In this document: piece by piece, positions 1 to 13,012 of the stretch
Position numbering within the stretch: position 1 is the stretch's first letter
Layout of the letters: every line of letters starts with the position of its first letter
From: the human T2T-CHM13v2.0 reference genome, Homo sapiens
Assembly (NCBI RefSeq): GCF_009914755.1
Contig: NC_060929.1
DNA: 64,000 nucleotides
Direction: 5' to 3' (one strand)
The notes under the pieces: generated by a model
What the model saw: the letters and a program-made list of their open reading frames with translations, nothing else
Told to the model about the DNA's origin: nothing
Databases searched by the model: none
Translations under genes and position numbers: made by a program

Positions 1-12
1 ATACTAAAGGCC

Positions 13-435
13 TGTATTGATTTCCAAGGGCTGCTCTAAGAAATTGCCCATAAACCTGGTGGCTTAAAACAACACAAATTTATTATTTCATAGCTCTGGA
101 GTGCAGAAGTCCAAAATTAAGGTATCAGCAGGATTGATTTGTTCTGGAGCCTCTGAGAAAGCATCTGTTTCATGCCTCTCTCCCAGCTCCTGGTGGCTGT
201 TGGCAACTTTAGGCATTCCTTGGCTCTGTCTTCACGTGGCTTTCCACACTGGGTCTCTGTGCTTTCTTTGATAAGGACACTTGTCATTGGATTTGGGATC
301 CACCCTAATCCAAGACGATCTCATATTGAGATCCTTACCTTAGTTCCATCTGAAAAAAAATATTATTCCAAATAAAGTCACATTTTGAGGGTCCAAGTGG
401 ACATACTTTCAGGGGAATACCATTGAACCACTATA
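13..435 (-). mobile_element. MaLR solo LTR, MLT1C/D-like
   Basis: Begins TGTATT..TTTCC..GGGCTGCT, contains GGTGGCTTAAAACAACACAAATTTATT and GGATTTGGGATCCACCCTAATCCA, ends CCATTGAACCACTATA; this is the typical antisense MLT1 layout. Confidence 0.8.
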
Positions 436-1639
436 GAGCCTAAGTGGTCGATGAGTGAGAAGAAGGAGAGATTTTTCTCTTGACTAAATTATTTTGGAGC
501 TATGGGGAGGGAGAGAGTAAAACCACATTACCATTTTGTAGCCATATCCCAAGGAGGAGATGAAATTTGGAGGGGAAGGCAGCATGGTACACCTACACAT
601 AAGCAGGCTGAGCCCAAGGCCCTGCCTCCTCAGCCCCCAGCCTGACAGTGAATCTGTCACTCAGTGAAGAGCCATCAGACTTCAAGGGATTGCTGTGGGT
701 TTGGCCATAAGAGATGAGAGGCAACCTGGATGTCCAGGCAATTGGAGACTCTTGCTCACTATCTTCTGAGCAAGATAAGCCTCCCCAGATTCCTGTGCAG
801 CCTAGGAAGGGAGGGGCCCCAACAGCAACTGGACTGAATCTCTCACCAGACACTTGAACTGGCAGCTCAGAGTTGGACTTCTAAGTTTGAAGAAAATAAA
901 GCTAAATTTTCCAGACTGAGATTCACTGTTGCTCTGTTAAACAAAATCCCCAAATACAAGCTCCATGGACTGATTGTAGTTGGCCTGGTTTTCCCAGGTT
1001 TCAGCCATGTGGCTCCTCCTCCTGCTACTATCCTTGTTAGTCCTGAGGTCCCCTGGTTAGCTCTGGGGAAGAGAACAGAGCAGATGCTGGGACACACTGG
1101 TGGGTTGTGGTGGTATCAGATCTATGGACAGAGGCCACCAGCCAAGACCACCTCCAGGGACTGAGCCTCCAAAAGAACACTGGGATACCTTCCTTTCTAG
1201 TTGTAATCCACCCACCACTTTTCATCTGGAATCATTTCTATAGGTAGGAAAAATAAAAGATGGGCCTTGTTGGTGAAATGCAAGGGGAGCCAAGCTCAGG
1301 TATCATGCAAGGCTATGCAATAGGAAAAGTGCAGAGCTGGGTGATCATTTCCACTATGTGGATGCAGTACAGTTGATGTGTACTTTGGGCTAGTTTGGTT
1401 TTTTAAATAGAACATTTCCCCTGCTAATAAGCTAGAGAGCTCAGTTCCTCTTTTTGTAAGTGGGTGTGGATGACGTAGTTCTATTGACACTTTGCTATGT
1501 TTTTTTCCAACTGTAGCTCTTTTATCTTCTCACACCTTTCAGCTACAGATTTATTCCTCATATTCACTCCTCTCTCTCCTACCTCCCTATTTCTATAGGT
1601 GTTTATGTCCTTTCAGTGAGCCCAGCACAACAGCTGCTG

Positions 1640-1880
1640 CCACTTATTGAGTGCTGACTGTGTGCCAGATGTGTTCAACACCATACATGTGCATATTTCT
1701 CTTAATCTTCCTTGCAACTTTAAGTGTATTATGTGTATTATCTCCAGTTTACAAATGAGGAAATAAGCCCAGAGAGGTTCAGTAACTTGCTCAAGATTGC
1801 ACAGCTCATAAGAGGTGGAACTGGAATTTGAGGTTATATCTGTCTGATATAAGGCCAAGCTTGCAGCACTGCTTCTTGGC
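1640..1880 (-). mobile_element. MIR SINE
   Basis: MIR core in reverse: TTTACAAATGAGGAAATAAGCCCAGAGAGGTTCAGTAACTTGCTCAAGATTGCACAGCT. Confidence 0.8.
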
Positions 1881-3244
1881 ACTGTGCTGTTCTGTGAGAT
1901 AAGAGGCAATTCTTGCAATTCTCACTTTAGTGTCTGTAATGTTGGTGGAGGGTGAATGAGTATTGCATCTCAGCTGCTGCTCGCAGGTAGTGGCAGGACC
2001 AAACCACCCAGGGCTCTGGGTGTTTGCTGTTGGCAGAAGCTTCTCCTGGTCTGCCTGATGCTCCAAGTAGGCAGGCCATTAGGGAGCCCCCCAAGGTGAT
2101 GGCTGTTATTTTCAGCTGAGGGATCCGAGCAGAACCCCCAAAGAAAGAGTTATTTCAAACTGGGCCTTTGTTCCTTCCTCTTCCAGTGATTGCAATTCTG
2201 GGCCCCAGCTGGAGGTCTAGATTGCAAGATCAGGAAGGAGCTGGGCCAATTTTCTGGTTGCTTCTTTGCACTAAGCTCTTGTGTTTTCACAGCAGCCACA
2301 GGCCCTACATCCTTCCTGGAGACCCCAGGGTGGAACACAAGCAAATTCATCTCTTTTCACTTCCCCACCCCCTTGCATGGTGACTCTTGATTTGCTATGC
2401 TCAGAGCCTGTCATTGCTGGGTAGGGGCTTGCATATGGCCCCCATTTGAAATGAATGGTTTTTGAGGGGCTCCTGGAAATGTGTTGCAGGTGAGCTCCTG
2501 GACACTTGGCTTGCCTGCTGCTTCAGCTCTGTTTGCTTTGACTAATTGTGTTTTCTCTGCCAATTTGTCTGAGTAAAGTTTTTCTATCCCACTTTGTCCG
2601 ACGTCTACATGGTACATCTGGTACCCATTTGGCTGAGATGGGGGCAGGAGCAGGGTGGTTAATTGAATGCTTGGCACAGGGCTGCAAGAAGAAAACTGAG
2701 AAGAAAGGCAAGAACTGGGAGAAGAGCTTAGAGAATGCTCTAATGCTTGGAGCCTTTGCAAAGTCCTGAAACTCTACAATCTCTTTTCCTCCACTTGGTT
2801 TCTGTTTAGAAACAGAGCCTTAAAAAGGGCAAGAGAAGGACTTTGATGAGATTCTGAAACTAGATTGCAACTACTGTTTTAGTATAAACCCCGCAGTGCC
2901 CCATCTTTCTCCCACAGGGCCCATGGCTTCTCGGTAGGTGGCTAGGGTATCACTAAGCCCTGTTTGTGGAAGGGGAGAAAGAAAGAGCTGGGAAAGATCA
3001 CCTGTCTATGTCTATTTTTGTACGCATCTAATTTGGAGCCTCTCGTTCTGCAGTGGGAATTTTGGCTCCAGATCTTGGTCTGGTTCCCAGGATACTGAGT
3101 AGAAGTAAAAGTGAAGCAGCACCACTTGGAATCCCTGCTTCTGGCAAGGGTCCAGGGCCAGCCCAGGCACTGCATGGGCTCTCTCTGCCTGTCTACCTGT
3201 CGTTCTGTCTCTTTCTCTGCTTCTGATTTTGAAAGACCAAAAAG

Positions 3245-3390
3245 AGCATGGATCCTAGAGTCACAAAGTGTAGGTTTCAGATCTCAGCTCCTGCTAGATG
3301 TGTCATCTGGCAAGTGCCTATTCACTTTGGAGCCTCAGTTTCCCCTTATAAAATGTGACAATTCACACATTGTTCCAAGGAGTAAATGAC
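3245..3390 (+). mobile_element. MIR SINE fragment
   Basis: GGCAAGTGCCTATTCACTTTGGAGCCTCAGTTTCCCCTTATAAAATG core. Confidence 0.65.
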
Positions 3391-3444
3391 ATGATTCAAA
3401 ACGCAAGTCAGCTCTGCACCTCTCTAAGGACTCTCTACTCAACC

Positions 3445-3595
3445 CTGAAAGGAAAGTAGTGTCATCACTGTCAGCATCCCTGTTTTATGGAGGAGGAAAC
3501 TGAGGCACAAAGATGTTAAGTGACCTGTCCATGGTCTCACAACCAGTAAGTGGCAGAAGTGGCCAGAGTCCAGGCAGGGAGTCTGGCCCAGAGCC
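3445..3595 (-). mobile_element. MIR SINE fragment
   Basis: GAGGAAACTGAGGCACAAAGATGTTAAGTGACCTGTCCATGGTCTCACA core in reverse. Confidence 0.75.
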
Positions 3596-3869
3596 GGCGC
3601 AGGGAAGCCTGCTCTGCTGCCTTTGTAAAGCTTGGGTGCTCCCAGCGCTGGGCCTGGACAGAGGAGGCACCCACTCAACAGCAGCCCTGACTCTTACCAC
3701 CCCAGGGATGCCGAAGCTGCAGCCTATTCCAGCCGCCGTCTGGAAGAACAATGGCCCTGGGGGCCAGCAAGCCTTAGAGAACAAGAGCGACTCAAGGAGA
3801 GAAGGCCGCGGCAGGCGCTGAGGCTCTCACAAAAGTAAGGGCAGCAGGGGCAACCCAAGGAGGTGGGGA

Positions 3870-4335
3870 AGGGCACGCGGGAAACGAGGTCGGCGCCCAG
3901 GCCTGCCTAGGCCGGCCTCCCTCCCTCCGCAGGTCCTGGGGCTCCTCCGGGTGGCGCTCTTGAAATCCATCGTCACCTTCCAAGCGGCCCTCGCGCGACT
4001 GCAGCCAGCCCCGGCGGCTCCTTGCCTGCCTGCGTGCCCTTGCGGCGGCTGCTGTCTACCCTAAACAGCTCCAGATTTAGGGCTCCTCCATCTGATTGCT
4101 CTTCCCCAGCCGCCTGGTGCTTTCAAGTGGGCCCGACACGCTCCCGGGACTTGGCCACGGTCCCTGCATCTCCTGATGAGAGCCCGCGCTTCTAATTCGG
4201 GTCCGCCCCGCACTCTTCCCGCGCCCTGCCCGCGCTGTCATTACGGCGCTGTCGCTGCTCCCACAGAAAGCAGGCGGCCGCAGCTCTCGCTGGCCCGGGG
4301 CCAGACCCAGGCCCGCTACGCCGCCTCGCGGACTG
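3870..4335. promoter_or_regulatory. CpG island, candidate promoter or regulatory element
   Basis: Sharp local rise in GC and CpG (CTCGCGCGAC, CCCGGCGGC, GGTCCGCCCCGC GC-box at about 4200-4211) against a CpG-depleted background; no repeat similarity recognised. Confidence 0.75.
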
Positions 4336-5379
4336 GATCCACCCCTTGCAGACAGGCACCCTGCTTGGGTGTTGTTCCTGAAGGTGCATAGGGAGGCTCC
4401 TGGGAAGACAGGGAGACTTTAAGAAGGAGAAAGGTGCGTTTACAGGATGGATTTGAAAGAATCACACTTTACTGGTCTGCCCAAGACACCTCACACCCAA
4501 AAGAAGCAAAGAGGTGTTCTGGAGGAAGGACAGAGGGAGAGGCTGCAGGTGCCCTGTGGCTGGCCATGTCATGATCTGACTCCTTGGCAGTGTCTTGGTA
4601 CACGATTCCTTATGTATTTTGCATGCAAATCTAGTCAGGTTGGGCCTTGAAAGGAGCCCTGCCTGGTAGGCTTCACCCCCTTGGGCAGTCTGGGTGTGAC
4701 TCTGGCTCAACAAGTTAGTTCTCTGCTCTGAACTTATTTTCCTCTTATGAAAATGAGGATAACGGTGGCGCTCTCGTGTGGAAATGACAAGTCACCCAAA
4801 CTACCTGGCACATAGTAGGTCCTCAAGAAATGATAGGCCCTTCTTTGTTAAGGTCTCTGGCCCCCATACTACTCCTATGCATAACTTTTGGTCCATCTGT
4901 CTCTCTTACCTTCTCCCCAAGGCCAGCACCGAAGTGGTCCTCACACTGTGCTAGACTCCATTGACTTGAGGAGTTGGATTGCTGCTAGCTAGCCAGTGAG
5001 GGCAGAGAGGTCTATGTCTGAACCTCGGGATATCTACAGGAGTGACTTTCAGTGTTCTCTTGCCTCATAACTATGGCAGACCCACAATTCAACAACCATG
5101 GCATGGGAAGGGTATGTAAGGGATCAGACCTCTTGGGGATAAGGGTCTCTGTCACTGCACAAAACAAGCAACTTACACTAACTAAATGCTGACCGAGGAT
5201 GAGGGAAATGGAGAATGGGTGGTAGAAATAAGTGGTGTATACCAAGTATGGTCTTGAGATCAGCTGAGGCAGGGGAATCAGAACTTGTGTCACTCATACT
5301 CTTACACTAAGTCCTGGTAAAGGCTGCAGCCTTGAAAAAGACTCAGATTAGGTTTAGAGGGTCCATGACAGATATGCGA

Positions 5380-5895
5380 GGTACAAGGGATATCTCCTGT
5401 GCCCCATTTCAAATCCTCCCAGTGTCACTCCCTACTCTTCTGACCATTACAGTGGCCACTTCTGCACAGGTGTCAAAACAGCTTTGCTCTGCAGCAGTGT
5501 GGCAATGTCTGCCCCAGGACCCCTCTGAAGCTGCTGTGTAGAATGTCTGTAGAATCCACTGGGCACTCACCCATGGACAGCCTGGAGATGTGAGGAAGTT
5601 AGTGTCGAGAACCACCTTTGACCAATGGAAGGCAGGATCCTATGGATAAATGCTGAACCATTTTACTCCCCAAGCAGATAAATAAAAGCTGCATCCTATC
5701 AGGATCTTTAGAAGGTCCCATGGAATTGACCATCTGTTGTCCTAGGAGCAGCCCACTCACTTATGCATCTTTGCCTTTCCCCTGTTTCACTCCTCGGATC
5801 CTGTCTCTGGATCCCTTTGATCACTTTTTATAAAAACTACCTTCAGGTAAGTCTTTGTTTCAGGCATGGCTTTTAGGGGAATCCATGCCAAGCTA
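5380..5895 (+). mobile_element. ERVL solo LTR, LTR16-family-like
   Basis: GACCAATGG..GGATAAATGCT, CCCTGTTTCACTCCT..GATCAC..AAAACTACCT..AAGTCTTTGTTTCAGGC..CTTTTAGGGGAATCCA match the recalled LTR16 3' half. Confidence 0.6.
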
Positions 5896-5984
5896 GCCAT
5901 TTATAAAGCTTAAGGACAAAAGGGAAGATGCGAAGAAAATATTTTCACAAAGTGGGCACATTAAAGAAGTGTCATAAAACTGCC

Positions 5985-6900
5985 AGGTGTGCTGAGTGCC
6001 TATTTTGGGTGTGCAGTAATGTGATGAAGATAAACTTATTAGCATCTTTGTGTTTTCTGCCAGAACTTTGAGCACCTCAGGTGTAGTCATAAGATACGTG
6101 GATATGGACTTAATCTTTAATGTGCATTTACCAGATGAGTTTGACAGAAAGAGAAAGGTTAGAAAAACAGCAGAATGCACAAAGCAGTAATTATAATGGT
6201 GAACAAAGGAATTAAGCAGAACAAGAAGGTAAGTGAGGATAAAAAGAAGAACATATATAATGTATTTTTTGTATATTTATAAAGACGTAAAAACAGTAGG
6301 GTCAATGGATTGATTTCAGAGCATGGGGAGTACTGACATACAGATTTTGGAAGTGGTGCCTTAACTGGTGGTGACAGGGTTAGGGACACAATCATGAGAG
6401 TGTGGCCTAGGTGAAATAGAGATTAATGATTGTTGGAGGTGAGGAGGTCAGGGAACTCAGATGGCAAGGTATTCCATGAGTCCCTATTCTACAAGGTTGT
6501 TAAAGTCACCAAGAATGGTGATGGGAATAGGGGATAGGAACAGGTGTTAAAGTTATTAATGAATGAAGGGAGTGAGTTGGTAGATGACAGTTTAGCAGAT
6601 ATGGATGGCAGATGGTCAAGTTTGGAGACATGAATTTCAGAGGATCTAGGGGCTTTGAAGGAGGGGAGAAGATAACTGAATTCAAAGTACAATGTGACAT
6701 TTATTCCACTTTCAGTCTGACATAAAGAGAATAAGGTGGGACAGGAATTGTCTCCATTTGAGAGGCTGCAGATGAAGGGGACAGCCAAATTTCCATTAAG
6801 GCAAGATATAAAGAGACCTTATGAAAAGGGACAAAAGATATAGGGGAACTTGGTGATGGCAGATCCTGAGTCTCAGGATGCATAGTATGCAAAGGTTGGC
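5985..6900 (-). mobile_element. Degenerate L2 LINE
   Basis: Long purine-rich degenerate stretch (GGAGGTGAGGAGGTCAGGGAACT; TTAAAGTCACCAAGAATGGTGA) typical of antisense L2 ORF2 remnants; boundaries are uncertain. Confidence 0.45.
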
Positions 6901-7004
6901 AATGTGGACAGGGAGTGAGAAATGGAGATAATACTTGCCTTATAGAACTGTTGCAAATACGAGAGATAATTTTATGTAATGTGGCCAGTAGAATGTCTGG
7001 TGAA

Positions 7005-7040
7005 GATGATGATGATGATAATGATGATGATGATGATGAT
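7005..7040. repeat. (GAT)n microsatellite, 12 units with one interruption
   Basis: Read directly; it sits at the tail of a MIR fragment (about 6915-7000). Confidence 0.95.
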
Positions 7041-8607
7041 CATTTCCAGAAGAACAAGAGTTAAAGGGGAAGCATTGGTAATGTCAGAAGAAGCGCTCAT
7101 TTGGGAATCAAAATGTTCTCAAGTCTCTTCCTGGCTCTACTATTAACTAGCTGTGCAGCCTTAGGCAAATCAATCACCTTTGTTCTGTGGGCCATGTATA
7201 AAAGGAAAGAGTTAGATAACATCAGTGATTGTCCAGTAGGAGGTGGCAGGGTGGTCATGTGTCAAATACATATGATAATTTCCTAAAGCACTTTTTCAAA
7301 ACATGTGTATTTGGGGTCCCCCAATAGGTCAAATTTCATTTTCTGGGGGTAAGGACCCAGGAAGTGCATTTCAAAAAAGTTTTTCAGGTAATTTAATAAA
7401 TCCTCCCTCCACCCTCAGCCCATTTTTTTTTCCTTCAGGAAACTGCTTGCCAAGAAGCTAGGCTTTTCCCTCCCAATGTCATCACTCAGAAAATGACAGT
7501 GAGAAAGACATGGTTTGTCCATCAGAGCTGGGTCAGAGCATTTATCAGAAGAGACCAGATGGCCTGAGGTCTTCCCTCAGTGGGTGGATGGCCAAAGGGC
7601 AAGTAGCAATATTTTTACAGCTTCATTCTTTGGGCATTTCCCCCATGCAAATGCATAAGAATGAGAAATAAGTCAGCACAATGCAGGGATTTTTTTGTTT
7701 GTTTAATGTCAGATCACATCATTTGCTGCTGCACAGCCAACCATTGGCTTGCTTTGAGGAAGGTGGCTCCTTGGGGAGAAGGGGATCTGAGAGAAGCACA
7801 GCAAGACCAGGGCAGAAGTGGGGAGTGAACCCAGCACATAGAGCGCAGACCAGTGTCTTACTCATCCCTGTATCCGCGGCACCTAGGAAGGTGTGCAACT
7901 CATAATGGGAACTCAACAAATTTGTTAAACTGAAATCAAAGGAAAAGCAGCACCAGAACAAAAATGACAGCTATTTAGGGGTATTCACTGGTTTTCAACT
8001 GCTGAAAAGAGAACAGCTGCAAGAAAACTATTGTATGCTGAGCCAAACTAGCATTAAAGTTGAAGGGCAAAATAAAATCACTGACATGCAAGGACTGGAA
8101 AGATTACCAACCACAGACCCTCTCTAAGCAGATACACTCGAGAATTTCTAGCGAAAGAAAAAAATGAAGCTAAGAAAGTGGTCGATAAGTAACAAGAAAG
8201 TGTTAAATAAACTTGTAAAATTATAAGTTAAATCTAAAAAGTTGTTGATAGCACAATGGAAAAAATAATTAATAGAACTAAACTAAAACTAAAATCTCAA
8301 ATGATCTTAACATAGTGGCTTTGGAATGGGGGGATAGGATATGGGGAAAGTGAAAGTAGACTAATTTGGAATTGTGTCAAATCAATAGGTAACTATCCAG
8401 GGAGAGTATAGAGATGTTGACTAATACCAGATATTCATAGAAAAATATATGCTTAAATGTGTGTTAAAATTTAAGGATAATCACCAAGAAAAAATAAAAA
8501 TAAGATGTATAATGTCCAACGTTCTCGAGAAAAAATTCAAAGTATTTAAATGTAAACAAATGGTAAAAAGGGAAGACTAACAGCTTTGCTTAAGACTAGG
8601 ATAGATG

Positions 8608-8906
8608 GGCTGGGCACGGTGGCTCATGCCTGTAATACCAGCACTTTGGGAGGCTGAGGTAGGCAGATCACCTGAGGTTGGGAGTTCGAGACCAGCCTGA
8701 CCAACATGGAGAAACCCTGTCTCTACTAAAAATACAAAATTAGCAGGGCGGGTTGCACATCCCTGTAATCCCAGCTACTCAGAAGGCTGAGGCAGGATAA
8801 TCGCTTGAATCCAGGAGGCAGAGGTTGTGGTGAGCTGAGATTGCACCACTGCACTCCAGCCTAAGCAACAAGAGCGAAACTCTGTCTCAAAAAAAAAAAA
8901 AAAAAA
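8608..8906 (+). mobile_element. Alu, AluSp-like, full length
   Basis: GGCTGGGCACGGTGGCTCA..poly(A); diagnostic CCTGACCAACATGGAGAAACCC and AACAAGAGCGAAAC; target-site duplication (TSD) TAGGATAGATG at 8597-8607 and 8908-8918. Confidence 0.95.
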
Positions 8907-9301
8907 TTAGGATAGATGGAAAACATAAAATAAGATTGTGGAAATATATCCAATTATATTAGTAATTACAATATATGTAAATGGGTTAAATTTGTATGAT
9001 TATTTGACAAAAACATTAGGCTTTACCACTAGGAGGTAAGCGCTATGAGGTCTCAGATCATGTTTTATATTCTCTTTTTCTGTCATTGTCCTATCATATA
9101 CATCATATATCATACAATGATGAGAGAGAGAATACAAGAAATATCTTATTGTGGTTTTAACCTGCATTTCCTGATGACTAGGAAATATTAATATTTATAT
9201 TGTATATATTAATATTTGGCCAATGCATTTATAAAAAGTTGAATATCAATATTGAAACATTAATATTAAAATAATATTAAATATTCAACTGCTTTTTATA
9301 A

Positions 9302-9586
9302 TTTTTTCGAGACAAAGTCTCTGCCACTCAGGCTGGAGTGCAGTAGTGTGACATCAGCTCACTACAACCTCCGCCTCCTAAGTTCGAGCAATTCTCCTGC
9401 CTCAGCCTCCAGAGTAGCTGGGATTACAGGCACCCGCCACCATGCCCAGCTAATTTTTGTGTTTTTAGTAGAGATGAGGTTGGACCATGTTGGCCAGGCT
9501 TGTCTCAAGCTCCTGACCTCAAGTGATCCACCTACCTCAGCCTCCCAACCTACTGGGATTACAGGCGTGAGCCACCATGCCCAGCT
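9302..9586 (-). mobile_element. Alu, AluS-type
   Basis: Reverse Alu from the T-tract to GGCGTGAGCCACCATGCCCAGCT. Confidence 0.95.
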
Positions 9587-12500
9587 CCCTTTTTGTAAAT
9601 TTATTGTCCAATCAAATATCTACTTTTGTGAAGTACTTGTTTAAATTTAGATTTATTTTATAACAGGTTGTTTGTCTTTTCATTAATAATTTGTGGAAAT
9701 ATTATATATATTCTAGATACATGTACCAGGAAATTTTAACACAGATTTCTAAATAACTTCTGGGTTAAAAAGGAGATCTTACTGAGATTACAAACAATTT
9801 GGGACTAAATGAAAATGTGAGCACAGCACTTAAAAAAAAACTACACTCAGAGGTTGTATACCAAATTATATTCAGAGGACATTTTACAGCTTTAAACGTC
9901 CTAATTTGACAATGAGAAACGTTTATAAAAATGCATTAAACTTATGCATTAAGAAGCTAGTGACAAATAATAGGGTAATCCCTCACCAAAAAAATAGAAA
10001 GAATACATAAACATATGAAATGCAGGAATTAATAGAGTAAAAGCAAAAAAGAAAAATTGATCAAGGCTGCAATTATGAAAAAGGAGGACATTCACAAAAC
10101 AATGTTAGAAACAAGAAAGGAGACTAAGATCCTGTTAGGAGATTTAAAACATTAAAAGATATCATGTTCAACTTCATTACAGTCAATTCGAAAATCTACA
10201 TTAAAAAATGGATAAGTTTCTAGGTAAATATAAATTCTAACACTGATTGAAAAGAGGTAATTACAGAAACATTACAAAGTTAATCAAAGCTAGCCAGAAG
10301 GCTCAGATCACCAATAACAGATAATTTGGGGACTGTATCACTTCTTTCAGAACATAGAATAAAATGAGAAGCTTCTCTACTCATCTATGAGGATTGCATA
10401 ACCATATACCAAGACTAAACAAAGGATAATGTGGGAAAAGAAAACTGTACATCAATCACATTCCTGAACAAAGGTACACAAATCCTAAATAAAACATTAG
10501 CAAATTAAATTCTTTTGTACATTAAAAGAATAATACATCTTAATTAAGTAGGGCTTATCCTTGGAATGCCAGCATTTTTCAACATTAGGAAATCTATCAA
10601 TGTAATTCATTTGATCAAGAATTAAGAGGATAAAATCATTACATCATTTTGATAGATTTTGAAGAAAATTTTAATGAATTAAAGACCCATTAATGATTAG
10701 AAAACTTAAAATAGAACTCAAAATGAAAACAGCTTTATTTTAATAAAGGAAAGAAACCCTATGCAAATATCATACTCAATGGTGAATCACCAGTTCGAAA
10801 TCAGAAACAAAGACAATAAGGACACACTATTATTGCTCAAAATCCTCACTAATGGTATAAAATAATAAAAAGAAATAAAACATAAATGTTGAACAGACAA
10901 AACTGTTTTTACTTGCAGACGTGATAATTTTCTATTTAGAAAATCCATGCAAATCAACTGAAAAATGATTTCAACTAATAAGAGAATTCAGTAAGTTGGC
11001 CAGACACTATACCCAATTAATAAGCAATTGTGAAAATGTCATGAGGAAAAAAAGATGACATTTACAAAACTGTAAGCTACCGAGGAATAAACTTAATAAA
11101 AAAAAAGTAAGACCTACATGGAAATAAATCAGAAATGATTTTCTAAAGATTTAAGGACACCTAAAGAAGAATTACTTAGGTATCAATGTACTTAGGAATT
11201 CTATCTGGGTGAAATTGGTCCACATTGTAATATACAACCATTGACTTCCTATGAAGACCACGAGTTTACTTTTCCTCTTATAAATTTGCCAAAATCTAAA
11301 GTAACAATTCCATCTACCTGTCAAAATTAGATATTTTTTGCTTTAGCCCCTTATCCTGATGATCCAAGCTGTTGTATTTTTATTTGTTTTGATTTGATTT
11401 GCTAGGTTTTGCAGAACTGAAAGGTGTCCCTCAAAATGTCCTCTAACCAAGTAGTCACTGGTCAGTTACAGCATGTCATGCAATTGTTCTAGTTTCTAGA
11501 AAGAAAGAATGGTGGAAGGGTGAAGACAGCTCTTGGCTGGTCTTTAGGCAGCAGGGAAATATAGATTGGCTACAATATGACTTGGTAATGCCAGTGATCC
11601 TGGGAACCATGGATTTAATGCTATCAAAGAATACAGGGGGTTTAAAGGAATCCCTATTCTCTGGTTATGCTGAGATAATTGTCTCAGCATCTCTTGTGGA
11701 CTGTGTGTGCATTTTCTCTGTTACAAAGAGAGGCTGGCACTGAGAAATGCAGCTATCAAGCTCTCATGGTTTATACATATGTGCCATATATTTGAACCTA
11801 GCCTTGCAGACTAATCAGGGCCTAAGTATCATGTCAGAGCTGGGAACTCCAAGATATCAGGACAGGAGATTTTGGGAGTCCATTTTCACAAGGGGCTTTG
11901 AAATTTTGAGAAAGAAACAGTCAAAGAGACTTTGATGTTTATGGCACTTGGAACACTGAGAATCATGCAGCTGAATACAGAGAGAAGATGAATGCGGATC
12001 CCAAACTTTGAAGTTTAAGTGTTAGGATAGAGAAGTTTACCGATAAGTTAGTAGCTTATCTTGAGTCAGGAGGAAGTCACAAAGACATGCACCTTTTTAA
12101 GGCTGGGATGACCTGAAAAAATCGTGGTAAAATAAAGCACTCTAACACCATAACTCCGGATTCCAGGAGGAAACTACCAAGTATGTGGTTGTAGGATTGC
12201 CGCTTTATGCTTGCTTCTTCATTTGTTGGTTTGTCCAGGGAATGGTGATGGCATGTCTACCCAGTTCCAGTCCTTAAAGCACAGTTCAGGCTGATAAGTC
12301 TAGAAATAACGTCCTACCAGGAACAGTTACAGCTGCTTTGGTGATTTGTCCATGTCTGCTAACCACATTTCTCTACACTGATAATGGAGACTTTGTAGCT
12401 AAGGTGATCTTCAGTTGGGGATAAGAGGCCAGGACCTCATTCTTGTTCATTGCCCTTCTCCCAGTTCCACTCCTACCCTGAGAGTGAAGCATGAAAACAC

Positions 12501-12709
12501 CTGCCTACCTCAGGCTCATTTTGAGTGTGGCAGATGACAGGCAGCAGCAGTAACAGTAGTAGGTAGATTTCTGGTTTTAGAACAAAAAACAACAAAATAT
12601 CCTGTTTGACTAAGCTGGAAGGAAGCTGGCGAGCTCTGGAACAGGTGGGCTGTTAATTTTCCTTCTTTATACTCAGTGAACTGGGCTTTTGTGTTCTACT
12701 CCACGAATC

Positions 12710-13012
12710 CCGCATCTCCTACCTGGTTTGGTGTAGTGAACAGCCCTGTCTGACACCCAGGCAAGGGTTTTTTTTTGAACACCAGCAAGCCAGGCACTGT
12801 TTCTGCTCCATTTCAGGTTTTGCATCTGATCTCAAGTTCACTGTTTAGCTTTTCCTTCAGTCAAGTTAGGATAATGACATGTATTTTCTTTGCTTGAAGA
12901 TACTTTGCATCCTGTGGGGAAGGAGGCTGAATAAGTTAGTTTCAAAATATGATGAACAGGTCCATGCAACAAACGGAGGAGCCCATTATTCAGCTGTCCA
13001 GATTACTTTTAG
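12710..13012 (+). other. Candidate first or 5'UTR exon ending at a GT donor (13013)
   Basis: Repeat-free unique block (about 12.0-14.2 kb) with TTAG|GTAAAA at 13009-13018 and ATGs at 12949, 12952 and 12964. The start coordinate is a guess and no transcript evidence is available here. Confidence 0.35.

Larger units (their letters stand above)
7950..11130 (+). mobile_element. Ancient fragmented L1M LINE-1 (ORF1 end and ORF2 remnants), interrupted by two Alus and an antisense L1 piece (about 9140-9725)
   Basis: A-rich strand. Bases 10380-10510 are a decayed copy of the ORF2 motif [36 protein letters not shown]. Bases 10905-10947 (TTTTTACTTGCAGACGTGATAATTTTCTATTTAGAAAATCC) are a decayed LFADDMIVYLENP reverse-transcriptase motif. 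Many stops and frameshifts. Confidence 0.85.

Noticed and set aside
9348-9644. 98-aa ORF, and similar ORFs at 23296-23877, 51570-51926 and 55069-55251
   Set aside because: These are translations of Alu sequence (e.g. [13 protein letters not shown]), not genes.
9740-11130. Reverse-transcriptase-like motifs suggesting a novel retroelement or defence system
   Set aside because: Decayed LINE-1 ORF2 with many stops and frameshifts; an ordinary fossil.
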